Origin: Alphaproteobacteria bacterium
GTDB taxonomy: Bacteria; Pseudomonadota; Alphaproteobacteria; MPNO01
DNA: 64,000 nt
Reading direction: 5' to 3'
NCBI GenBank assembly: GCA_964291675.2
Contig: OZ219866.1
Coordinates: forward strand, 1,504,001 to 1,568,000
The translations under genes and the position numbers were made by a program. Below the pieces are notes generated by a model. It was not told the origin of the DNA, did no database searches, and worked only from the letters and a program-made list of their open reading frames with translations. The first letter of the stretch is position 1; each line of letters starts with the position of its first letter. This document shows, piece after piece, positions 1 through 8,206 of this stretch.

Positions 1-1
1 C

Positions 2-718
2 CTGATCGTCCCCTACCCCTGGAAGAGCGCCGAGGACTGGGGCGACAAGGGCACCTATTTCCACGTCAACGGCAACTACAGGCTGGTCATCGACAACCTG
101 CTCGACCTCTCGCATCTCGCCTTCGTGCACCGCTCGACGATCGGCAACGCGGCGGTGGCCGAGCACGCCGTCCTCAAGACCCTGAAGGACGAGGACTCGG
201 TGACGGTGGCGCGCTGGACCGTCGGCCAGAACCCGCCGCCGACCTATCAGAAGATGTGCGACTGGCCGGAAGAGACCATCGTCGATCGCTGGCAGATCAT
301 CGAGTTCCGCATGCCGGGCGCGGTGCGGCTGTTCACCGGCGCGGCGCCCGAAGCGGCCGGCGGCAAGGAGTTCGGCCATACCGAGCTGGAGCGCGACGTG
401 CCCGCCAACGGGTTCGGCTTCCACAACCTCAACTTCGTCACGCCGGAGACCGAGACCACGACGCACTATTTCTGGTCCAACGCCTACCAGGTTCCCGGCA
501 AGCCGATCGAGCCCGATTTCGTCGAGATGCAGTACAAGCAGATCTGGCAGGCCTTCCACCAGGACTGGGAGGTCTTCGACCTGCAGGAGGAGAACTGGGA
601 CGACCGGCCGACGATCGAGACCAACCAGGACGCGGGCGGCATCGCCGCGCGCGCCATGATCGACCGCAAGATCGCGGCCGAGCGGGCGGAAGCGGGAGCG
701 GCGATCGCCGCCGAATAG
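2..718 (+). CDS. Rieske non-heme iron oxygenase alpha subunit, VanA/O-demethylase-like (5' end outside the window)
   Basis: Frame is open from base 2. It reads ...NYRLVIDNLLDLSHLAFVHRSTIG (mononuclear Fe motif), then a VanA_C-like region ending in TPETETTTHYFW...D. Paralogous to the next gene. Confidence 0.85.
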   Translation: MIVPYPWKSAEDWGDKGTYFHVNGNYRLVIDNLLDLSHLAFVHRSTIGNAAVAEHAVLKTLKDEDSVTVARWTVGQNPPPTYQKMCDWPEETIVDRWQIIEFRMPGAVRLFTGAAPEAAGGKEFGHTELERDVPANGFGFHNLNFVTPETETTTHYFWSNAYQVPGKPIEPDFVEMQYKQIWQAFHQDWEVFDLQEENWDDRPTIETNQDAGGIAARAMIDRKIAAERAEAGAAIAAE

Positions 719-743
719 CTTCTTGGCGTACTGACGGCGATGC

Positions 744-775
744 GGCGGCACCCCGGTGCCGCCCTTCGCTTTTCC
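744..775 (+). terminator. Possible intrinsic terminator or hairpin between the two Rieske genes
   Basis: Stem-loop ggcggcac-cccg-gtgccgcc followed by cttcgctttt. Confidence 0.35.
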
Positions 776-807
776 GGGCCCGAACGAGAGCAAGCTGGGA
801 GAGCGGG

Positions 808-1860
808 ATGTTCATCGAGAACGCGTGGTATGTCGCCGCCTGGGACCGCGAGGTCGGCCGCCAGAACATGTTGCGCCGGACGCTGCTCGACATCCCGGTC
901 GTGCTTTACCGCAGGGAGGACGGCGCGCCGGTGGCGCTGGAGGACCGCTGCTGCCACCGCCACGCGCCGCTGTCGAAGGGCAAGCTCCAGGGCGACAACG
1001 TCGAATGCCCCTATCACGGCCTGCTCTACGACCCCTCGGGCCGGTGCATCCGGGTCCCGGGCCAGACGGCGATCCCGCCGGGCGCGAGGGTGAGGGCGTT
1101 TCCGACGGTTGAGCGCTATCACTGGATCTGGATATGGATGGGAGATCCGGCGGCCGCCGACCCCGACCTGATCGAGGACTTCCACTGGACCGACGACCCC
1201 GACTGGCGCGCGCGGGGGGAGAAGCTCGACCTCGAGGGCAACTACGTGCTGCTGGTCGAGAACCTGCTCGACCTGTCCCATCTCAGCTACATCCACCCGA
1301 CCACGCTCGGCACCGATGCGGTCGCCGAGACGCCGATGAAGGCGGAGCGCGAGGGCGAGCTGGTCCGCGTCACCCGCTGGGTGCTCGACAGCCCGCCGCC
1401 GCCGTTCTTCCAGAAGGCGGGCGGGTTCGCGCCCGACCAGCACATCGACCGCTGGCAGATCATCGAATTCACCCCGCCCGCCTTCGTCCGCCTCGACATC
1501 GGCGGCGCCGTCGCCGGCACCGGCGCGCCCGAGGGCGACCGCAGCCAGGGCTTCTCCATGCGGAACCTGAACGCGATCACCCCGGAGACCGGGACGACAA
1601 CGCATTATTTCTGGGCCCAGGCGCACGATTTCCGCATCGACGAGCCGTGGGTGACCGACCTGCTCTACGAGAACGTCCACACGGCGTTCCTCGAGGATCT
1701 GGAGATCATCCAGCTCCAGCAGCAAAACATAAACACCGCCCCGGACCGGCCGCGGGTCGACATCAACCACGACGGCGGCGGCATCCAGGCGAGGCGCATC
1801 ATCGAAGGCCGCATCGCCGCCGAGAGCGGTGCCGGGAGGCTGGCCGCCGCCGGCGAGTAG
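808..1860 (+). CDS. Rieske oxygenase alpha subunit, VanA-like
   Basis: Starts MFIENAWYVAAW after ggagag; Rieske motif CCHRH...CPYHG; ENLLDLSHLSYIH. Confidence 0.9.
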   Translation: MFIENAWYVAAWDREVGRQNMLRRTLLDIPVVLYRREDGAPVALEDRCCHRHAPLSKGKLQGDNVECPYHGLLYDPSGRCIRVPGQTAIPPGARVRAFPTVERYHWIWIWMGDPAAADPDLIEDFHWTDDPDWRARGEKLDLEGNYVLLVENLLDLSHLSYIHPTTLGTDAVAETPMKAEREGELVRVTRWVLDSPPPPFFQKAGGFAPDQHIDRWQIIEFTPPAFVRLDIGGAVAGTGAPEGDRSQGFSMRNLNAITPETGTTTHYFWAQAHDFRIDEPWVTDLLYENVHTAFLEDLEIIQLQQQNINTAPDRPRVDINHDGGGIQARRIIEGRIAAESGAGRLAAAGE

Positions 1861-1947
1861 CGCCCCGGCGTTCCGCGGCGGGTCTTGAACGGGCCCGCCG
1901 CTTGCGGGATGTTCGCCCCCTGATCACACCGGTCCGGGGGGCGCGCT

Positions 1948-3111
1948 ATGGCTGAAAAGCTGGTCATCAGGAATATCGGCCTGCTTCTGTCCGGGGCGCT
2001 GGAGACCCCGGTGCTCGATGCCGACACCGTGGTCGCCGAGGACGGAAGGATCGCCGCCTTCGGCAGGGAGGCCGACTGCAATACCGCCGGCGCCGATATC
2101 GTCATCGACGCCAGGGGGATGGCGCTCGCCCCCGGGCTGATCGACAGCCATGTCCACCCGGTGTTCGGCGACTGGACGCCGCGCCAGAGCCAGCTCAACT
2201 GGATCGACTCGTCGATGCATGGCGGGGTGACGACGATGATCTCCGCCGGCGAGGTCCATCTGCCCGGCCGGCCGCGCGATCCCAAGGGGGTGGTCGCGCT
2301 CGGCATCACCGCCCAGCGCGCCTTCTCTTCCTTCCCGCCGGGCGGGGTCAAGGTGCGCGCCGGCGCGCCCATCCTGGAGACCGGGATGGAGGAGGACGAT
2401 TTCCGCTTCCTCGCCGAGGCCGGCGTCAAGCTGCTGGGCGAGATCGGGCTCGGCGGGGTGAAGACCGGCGAAGAGGCGAAGAAGATGGTCGGCTGGGCGC
2501 GCAAATACGGCATCCAGTCGACGATCCATACCGGCGGCCCGTCGATCCCCGGCTCCGGGCTGATCGACGCCGACATCGTGCTGGAGACCGGACCCGACAT
2601 CATCGGCCACATCAATGGCGGGCACACCTCGCTGCCGCGGGACCAGATCGCGTGTTTGTGCGAGCAGTGCCAGGCGGGGATCGAGATCGTGCACAACGGC
2701 AACGAGGCCTCGGCCCTGTTCGCGCTGCGCACCGCGCGCGAGCTCGACCAGCTCCACCGGGTCATCCTCGGCACCGACGGGCCGGCGGGCTCGGGCGTTC
2801 AGCCGCTCGGGATCCTAAGGATGGTCGCGATGCTGTCGGCCTTGGGCGACGTGCCGGCGGAGATCGCGTTCTGCTTCGCCACCGGCAACACCGCGCGGAT
2901 GCGGGAGCTCGATTGCGGGCTGATCGAGGAAGGCCGGGCGGCCGATTTCGTCCTGCTCGACCGCGCCCAGCACAGCGCCGGCAGGGATTTGCTCGACTCC
3001 GTCGGCAAGGGCGACATCCCCGGAATCGGCATGGTGGTCATCGACGGCAAGGTCGCGTCGGGCCGCAGCCGCAACACCCCGCCCGCCGACCGCCTGCCGG
3101 AAGTCCTGTAG
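1948..3111 (+). CDS. Amidohydrolase-superfamily enzyme, enamidase-like (nicotinate fermentation enamidase family)
   Basis: PGLIDSHVH, GGVTTMISAG, HTGGPSIPGS, HINGG, GTDGPAGSG and C-terminal SRNTPPA follow the Eubacterium barkeri enamidase sequence as I recall it. Confidence 0.8.
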   Translation: MAEKLVIRNIGLLLSGALETPVLDADTVVAEDGRIAAFGREADCNTAGADIVIDARGMALAPGLIDSHVHPVFGDWTPRQSQLNWIDSSMHGGVTTMISAGEVHLPGRPRDPKGVVALGITAQRAFSSFPPGGVKVRAGAPILETGMEEDDFRFLAEAGVKLLGEIGLGGVKTGEEAKKMVGWARKYGIQSTIHTGGPSIPGSGLIDADIVLETGPDIIGHINGGHTSLPRDQIACLCEQCQAGIEIVHNGNEASALFALRTARELDQLHRVILGTDGPAGSGVQPLGILRMVAMLSALGDVPAEIAFCFATGNTARMRELDCGLIEEGRAADFVLLDRAQHSAGRDLLDSVGKGDIPGIGMVVIDGKVASGRSRNTPPADRLPEVL

Positions 3112-3378
3112 CCCGCATTTCCCGCCCCTGTCATGGCCTGCGCGGCGCTGTCCGGCCGACAGGGCAGGAGAGGCGCGCGGCGCGATGCGGGGACATCGGG
3201 CAAGCGCCTCGACGCACCCTGTCGGCCGGACAGCGCCGCCCGAAGGGTCGCGCCCGGGCGCCCGCCCGCGTCGTCGCGGGCCTCGACCGTATTGCCCGAT
3301 ACGCCCTTCGGCCCGCTCCTGGCGGGACGAACGCCCGGGCGCGACGCAGGCCGTGACAGGGGTGAGAAATGCGGGCTA
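3109..3378. repeat. 270-bp structured MITE/REPIN-like element, copy 1
   Basis: 34-bp terminal inverted repeats (3109-3142 and 3345-3378, 3 mismatches) and an internal perfect 23-bp inverted repeat. A near-identical copy lies at 19933-20202. Confidence 0.9.
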
Positions 3379-3960
3379 GCGAAGCCCGTCCTCGCCCTTG
3401 GCCTCGTCGGTCGTCAGCCCGCCCACGCGCGGGAACGGGCGGCCCGAGTCGGTGACCGCGACCGCCACCAGGATCTCGCCTGCGCGCGGGGCGTCGGCGA
3501 GTCTGACCTCGATCCCGTCGAAATGGCTGCGCACATAGGCCGCGTCCTTGTGGCCGAGCGGGATGTCGATCGGCGTGCCGGGCCCGCCCATCTTCTTGGC
3601 CGAGGGGACCAGCGCGGCGCCCTTCTCGACCGCCTTGCGCAGCGGCGCGCCGAGCTTCGGGTGGAGGATCGCGGCTGCGTGCTCCCACTCGCCCTGCTCG
3701 CCGACGATCGCCGCCTTGCCGTAGCTCTCGGCCCGGTCGGGACGGATGCCGAGCGCGGCCACGCACATTTCGCCCAGCATGGCGCCCAGCTCCGCGCCGA
3801 TATCCATCAACGGCGCGAGGTCTTCCTCGTAGCGGCCGGCGAAGGGGTTCGCGATCACCGCGATGGCCGCCGCCTTGCGGGTCGGCGGGTCGACCGGACG
3901 GCCGATCTCGGAGCGGATCTCCTCGACCACCACGCTGGTCTTTCTGATTTCGGCGCCCAT
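3376..3960 (-). CDS. Amino acid synthesis (AA_synth/DUF1185) family protein
   Basis: MGAEIRK...AAIAVIANPFAGRY...ESYGKAAIVGEQGEWEHAAA...DAPRAGEILVAVA; gagg RBS; paralogue at 62875. Confidence 0.8.
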   Translation of the reverse strand: MGAEIRKTSVVVEEIRSEIGRPVDPPTRKAAAIAVIANPFAGRYEEDLAPLMDIGAELGAMLGEMCVAALGIRPDRAESYGKAAIVGEQGEWEHAAAILHPKLGAPLRKAVEKGAALVPSAKKMGGPGTPIDIPLGHKDAAYVRSHFDGIEVRLADAPRAGEILVAVAVTDSGRPFPRVGGLTTDEAKGEDGLR

Positions 3961-3970
3961 CGCGGCCTCC

Positions 3971-4999
3971 TCACCCTGCCTCTGCCCTGACCCGCCGGTC
4001 GATCTTGCGGCGGAACAGCGCCGCCGGCGCATCGAGATCGAGCCCGACCCGGGTTCCGCCCTCGAACCGGTCCTCTTCGCACTGGATCGCCTCCAGCACC
4101 GCCTTGTCCTCGGCGAAGGCGATGCGGAACTGCTCGGAAATGCCCTCCCCGACCGCCGGGTCGTCGGCGCCGAAATTCCGCACATGCAGCCAGTAGTCGT
4201 GGCAGCTCGCCCCGGTCTCGGGCGTCATGAAGTGGCACGAGAACACCCGGATGCAGTTGTCCGAATTTCCCGCCTTGGCCTCGAACCCGGCCCCGGCGGG
4301 CGCGGTCCCGAAATCGATGATCGCGATCGACGGCGTGTGCATGTGGTAGTACTGCCAGCGGTCGACCTTCCCGTCGAAATTGCCGAACGCCCTGGCGAAG
4401 CCGATCGGTTCGGACCCGAGGGACCAGCGGTGGGTGGTCACCCCCCATTCCTCTTCCTCGAACGCGACGCCGACGCCCTCCGCGCTCGGGCTGCCGAGCG
4501 TGGTCGGGTGGACGTATTCGACATGCGAGGGATCGCTCAGATTGTCGCACAGGAGCAGGTAGTCGGCCGCGACGTGCAGCGCATCGCCATAGGCCACGCC
4601 CCAATCCGGGCGGTGGTATTCGGGAAGATCGTAGATCTCCGCCTCGTCCGCCGCGTCCGGGTCGCCCATCCAGATCCAGATCAGCCCGAGACGCTCGGCG
4701 ACCGGGTAGCTCCTCACCCGGGCGTTGGGCGGGATCGTCTCCTGTCCCGGCACATGCACGCAGCGCCCCGAAGGATCGAAGACCAGCCCGTGATAGCCGC
4801 ACTGGATCCGGTCCTCGACCAGGCGTCCCTGCGAGAGCGGCAGCAGCCGGTGCGGGCAGCGGTCGCGCAGCGCCACCGGCCGGCCGTCGCCGGCGCGGTA
4901 GAGCACCACGGCCTCGCCGAGAATCGTCCGGCGCTTGAGCGTCCGCGTCAGCTCGCTCGCCCAGGAGGCGACGTACCACGCGTTCCTGACGAAGGTCAT
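3971..4999 (-). CDS. Rieske oxygenase alpha subunit, VanA-like
   Basis: MTFVRNAWYVASW; CPHR...CGYHG; DNLSDPSHVEYVH; ggagg RBS. Confidence 0.9.
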   Translation of the reverse strand: MTFVRNAWYVASWASELTRTLKRRTILGEAVVLYRAGDGRPVALRDRCPHRLLPLSQGRLVEDRIQCGYHGLVFDPSGRCVHVPGQETIPPNARVRSYPVAERLGLIWIWMGDPDAADEAEIYDLPEYHRPDWGVAYGDALHVAADYLLLCDNLSDPSHVEYVHPTTLGSPSAEGVGVAFEEEEWGVTTHRWSLGSEPIGFARAFGNFDGKVDRWQYYHMHTPSIAIIDFGTAPAGAGFEAKAGNSDNCIRVFSCHFMTPETGASCHDYWLHVRNFGADDPAVGEGISEQFRIAFAEDKAVLEAIQCEEDRFEGGTRVGLDLDAPAALFRRKIDRRVRAEAG

Positions 5000-5088
5000 G
5001 ACGGGTCCTCCCGGGCCGCTTCGCACGGTCCGCAGCTTAGGCCGAATATTGTATGTACACCAACGATTTTGCCACGCCCCGGCCGGGC

Positions 5089-6525
5089 TCAGACGAGCGC
5101 CGCGTTGAGCAGGGAGAGGATCGCCGTTCCCAGAGCCGCGATGGCTCCGCCGAAGACCAGGTTGGCGCCGAAGGCGACGCGTTCCAGCCGCACGCCGAAG
5201 AACGACGCCGCCGCGATGGTCGAAATCGCGGACAGCCCGATCATCGAGGCGATCGACCACGAGAGCAGCACGCACTGGAACAGGACCAGGTCGGCGATCC
5301 CCGTCGGCACCTGGGTGAACAGAACCAGCAGCACGGTAACGGTAACGATCTGGTGAATGCCCAGCAGCGCGAGCGCCGCCGGGACGACGATGAGAACGGC
5401 GACGATCGCGGGCTCCGGCAGCGTCGCCCGGTCGATCCATTGCGCGGTGTCGGCGACGCCGAGCGCGCTCACCAGCACCCGGCCGAGCGCGAACGCGCAG
5501 GTGACGATCACCATCTCTCCGAGCACGCCGGGCGTGCGGGCATAGGAGTCGCGGACGACCCCCCACAGGGCGCGCCGCCCGAGCCGCGCTTGCGCGGCGG
5601 CGGCGAGCAGGGGGATGCCGACCAGCAGAGCCTCGAGCGGCCTCAGCGGCGCGAAGCTGGCCAGTGCCACGACGGTGGCGGCGGCGATCGCCACCGGCGG
5701 CACCACCGGCAACAGGGCGGAGAGCGCCTCCCGCGTGCCGCGCCGGGGCGCGCCGGCCATCGCCTGGCCCAGCACCAGCCCGCCCGCCGCGAGCGCCAGG
5801 CCGAGCGCCATCACCGACCACAACGGCACGTCGGGCAAGTGCTGGAACGCGACCGCCATCGCGACCCAGAAGGGGGACCAGAGCCCGGCGAGCCCCATGC
5901 CCCTGAGGGCGATGATGGCGACCCGGACGCGTTCCGGCTCGGATGCGTTGCGGTCGTGGATCGGGGCGAGGATCGCGTGCGCGCCGACCACCAGCACGGC
6001 GCCCATCACATTGGCGCCGAACAGCGTCGCCGCGAGCCGTTGGCGCGGCTCCAGCAGCGCCATCAGATCGCGCGTGCGCGCGGTCTCCGGGCGCCGCTCC
6101 GCCGTGCTGCGCAGAACCACCAGGGTGACGAAGAAGGCGGCGAAGGTGGTCGCGTCGCCGATCCCGGCCCACAGCGCCCCCCAGTCGTCCAGCATTGCGG
6201 CAAGAGCCAGCGCGGCCAGCGCCAGCGCCGCCGAGAGCGCCAGGGTCCGCCGCCGGAGCCGCACGAAGCCGATCGCGAACAGCGCCGCCATCGCCAGCGC
6301 GGCCGCATCGTCGACCGGCGCGTCCCGCCAGACAATGCGGACCAGCACCAATGCCCACACGAAGACGAACAGGGGCGCGATGGCGGAGGCGGGGCGGAGC
6401 CGCGGCACGATGGACAAGGCGGCGGCGTTCCCATGCTGGCGACGGAGGGTTCGCGCAAGGAATACAGGAGGCGCTCCCCCGCCGCGAGCGCCGCTGCGGT
6501 TGAACCGATGCGCCGCGCTCACCAT
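5089..6525 (-). CDS. Polytopic membrane protein, probable transporter (start uncertain, may be about 110 nt downstream)
   Basis: About 11-12 hydrophobic segments and a WSPFWVAM motif. The first ~40 aa look non-coding. Confidence 0.6.
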   Translation of the reverse strand: MVSAAHRFNRSGARGGGAPPVFLARTLRRQHGNAAALSIVPRLRPASAIAPLFVFVWALVLVRIVWRDAPVDDAAALAMAALFAIGFVRLRRRTLALSAALALAALALAAMLDDWGALWAGIGDATTFAAFFVTLVVLRSTAERRPETARTRDLMALLEPRQRLAATLFGANVMGAVLVVGAHAILAPIHDRNASEPERVRVAIIALRGMGLAGLWSPFWVAMAVAFQHLPDVPLWSVMALGLALAAGGLVLGQAMAGAPRRGTREALSALLPVVPPVAIAAATVVALASFAPLRPLEALLVGIPLLAAAAQARLGRRALWGVVRDSYARTPGVLGEMVIVTCAFALGRVLVSALGVADTAQWIDRATLPEPAIVAVLIVVPAALALLGIHQIVTVTVLLVLFTQVPTGIADLVLFQCVLLSWSIASMIGLSAISTIAAASFFGVRLERVAFGANLVFGGAIAALGTAILSLLNAALV

Positions 6526-6723
6526 GTCGGTGCCGACGGTGCCATTTTCGGGGGCTCATGACGGGATGACCCCGACGCAACATGCTCCGGCGACGGAGAG
6601 GCGTAGCGAGTTGTCGATCCCGACGATTGCGCGGCCGACGATCCGGCCCGTCCTGCGCGATGCGCCCGGGCGGCGGGCTCACGGCCCGGCACCGGACTCT
6701 TTCCCGACGACGGATCCCCCGCG

Positions 6724-8049
6724 ATGACCCATGTGTTTCACCGCTCGCTTTGCGGAGCCCTGCCGACGGTGTCCCACGGCGAAGGCGTCTACCTCTACGA
6801 TACCGGGGGACGGGCGTATCTCGACGGTTGCGGCGGGGCGGCGGTTTCCTGCCTGGGCCATTCCGACGGGCGGGTGAAGCGGGCGATCGCCGACCAGCTG
6901 CGCAAGATCCCCTTCGCGCATACCGGCTATTTCACCAACGAAGCCGTCGAGCGCCTGGCCGAAAGGCTGGCCCAGCTGGCGCCCGGGGCGCTCGACCGGG
7001 TGTTTTTCGTCAGCGGCGGTTCCGAGGCCATCGAATCGGCGCTCAAGATGGCACGCCAGTATTTCGTCGAGCGTGGCGAGACCGGACGCGCCAGGTTCAT
7101 CACCAGGCGCCAGAGTTTCCACGGCAACACGCTGGGCGCGCTCGCGGCCGGCGGCAACCGCTGGCGCCGCGCCCAGTTCGAGCCGCTGCTGATCGAGACC
7201 CACCGCATCGAGCCCTGCTACGAGTATCGCGGGCGCAAGCTCGAAGAGACGCCGGAGAGCTACGGCCTCAGGGTGGCCGACGAGCTGGAGAACAGGATCC
7301 TCGAGCTCGGCCCCGAGACGGTGGCCGCCTTCATCGCCGAGACGGTGATGGGCGCGACCGCGGGCGCGGTGCCGCCCACCGCGGGGTACTTTGGGCGGAT
7401 CCGCGAGATCTGCGACCGCTACGGCATCCTGCTGATCCTCGACGAGGTGATGTGCGGCATGGGCAGGACAGGCACCATGTTCTCCTGCGAACAGGACGGC
7501 GTGGTGCCCGATCTGCTCACCCTCGCCAAGGGGCTGGGCGCCGGGTACCAGCCGATCGGCGCCGTCATGGTCGCCGATCACGTGTTCCGCACCTTCGCCG
7601 ACGGCAGCGGGTTCTTCCAGCACAGCCACACCTATATGGGCCACCCGGTGGCCTGCGCCGCCGGCAACGCCGTCATCGACGCGATCGAGGAGGATGACCT
7701 GCTCGCCAATGTCCGCGAGCGCGGCGAGGACTTGCAGGCGGGTCTGTGCACCAAGCTCGGCCAGCACCCGCATGTCGGCGACATCCGCGGGCGCGGCCTG
7801 CTGGTCGGTATCGAGATCGTCAAGGACCGCGGTACCAAGGAACCCTTCGGGGCGGAGCGGAAGCTGCCCGCGCGCATCAAGGCGGCGGCGCTGGACGAAG
7901 GCCTGATGGTCTATCCGATGGGCGGGACCATCGACGGCGTCTCGGGCGCCCATGTGCTGCTGGCGCCGCCCTACATCGTCGACGGCGGCCATATCGGCGC
8001 CATCGTCGACCGATTGAGCACCGCGCTCGACACCGCGCTCGCGGCGTGA
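6724..8049 (+). CDS. Class III PLP-dependent aminotransferase
   Basis: SGGSEA, SFHGNT, LILDEVMCGMGRTG, PDLLTLAKGLGAGY, HSHTY. Confidence 0.92.
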   Translation: MTHVFHRSLCGALPTVSHGEGVYLYDTGGRAYLDGCGGAAVSCLGHSDGRVKRAIADQLRKIPFAHTGYFTNEAVERLAERLAQLAPGALDRVFFVSGGSEAIESALKMARQYFVERGETGRARFITRRQSFHGNTLGALAAGGNRWRRAQFEPLLIETHRIEPCYEYRGRKLEETPESYGLRVADELENRILELGPETVAAFIAETVMGATAGAVPPTAGYFGRIREICDRYGILLILDEVMCGMGRTGTMFSCEQDGVVPDLLTLAKGLGAGYQPIGAVMVADHVFRTFADGSGFFQHSHTYMGHPVACAAGNAVIDAIEEDDLLANVRERGEDLQAGLCTKLGQHPHVGDIRGRGLLVGIEIVKDRGTKEPFGAERKLPARIKAAALDEGLMVYPMGGTIDGVSGAHVLLAPPYIVDGGHIGAIVDRLSTALDTALAA

Positions 8050-8206
8050 CGCTCTCGCCGCCCAGGCCGGTTGCGCCGGGTTGCGGATTCAGCTTGACTT
8101 GCGCGATCGACGGCAGGGGGCGCGGAATATTTCCTCCGTTATTTCAATCGGTTAGATTATACTCTGTCGGTTCCTGCACGGCTTGCTGGAGGGCTGGCGC
8201 GTGAGG

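Noticed and set aside
256-807. Long N-terminal extensions in the ORF track (also 3971-6682, 35127-37739, 42840-44699, 50974-52887, 54349-56148, 58220-60991)
   Set aside because: They overlap upstream genes in other frames; family N-termini and RBS point to the later starts used here.
5046-5062. GntR-type operator (ttgtatgtacac) upstream of the third Rieske gene
   Set aside because: It is a single short imperfect palindrome with no regulator or second copy to support it.
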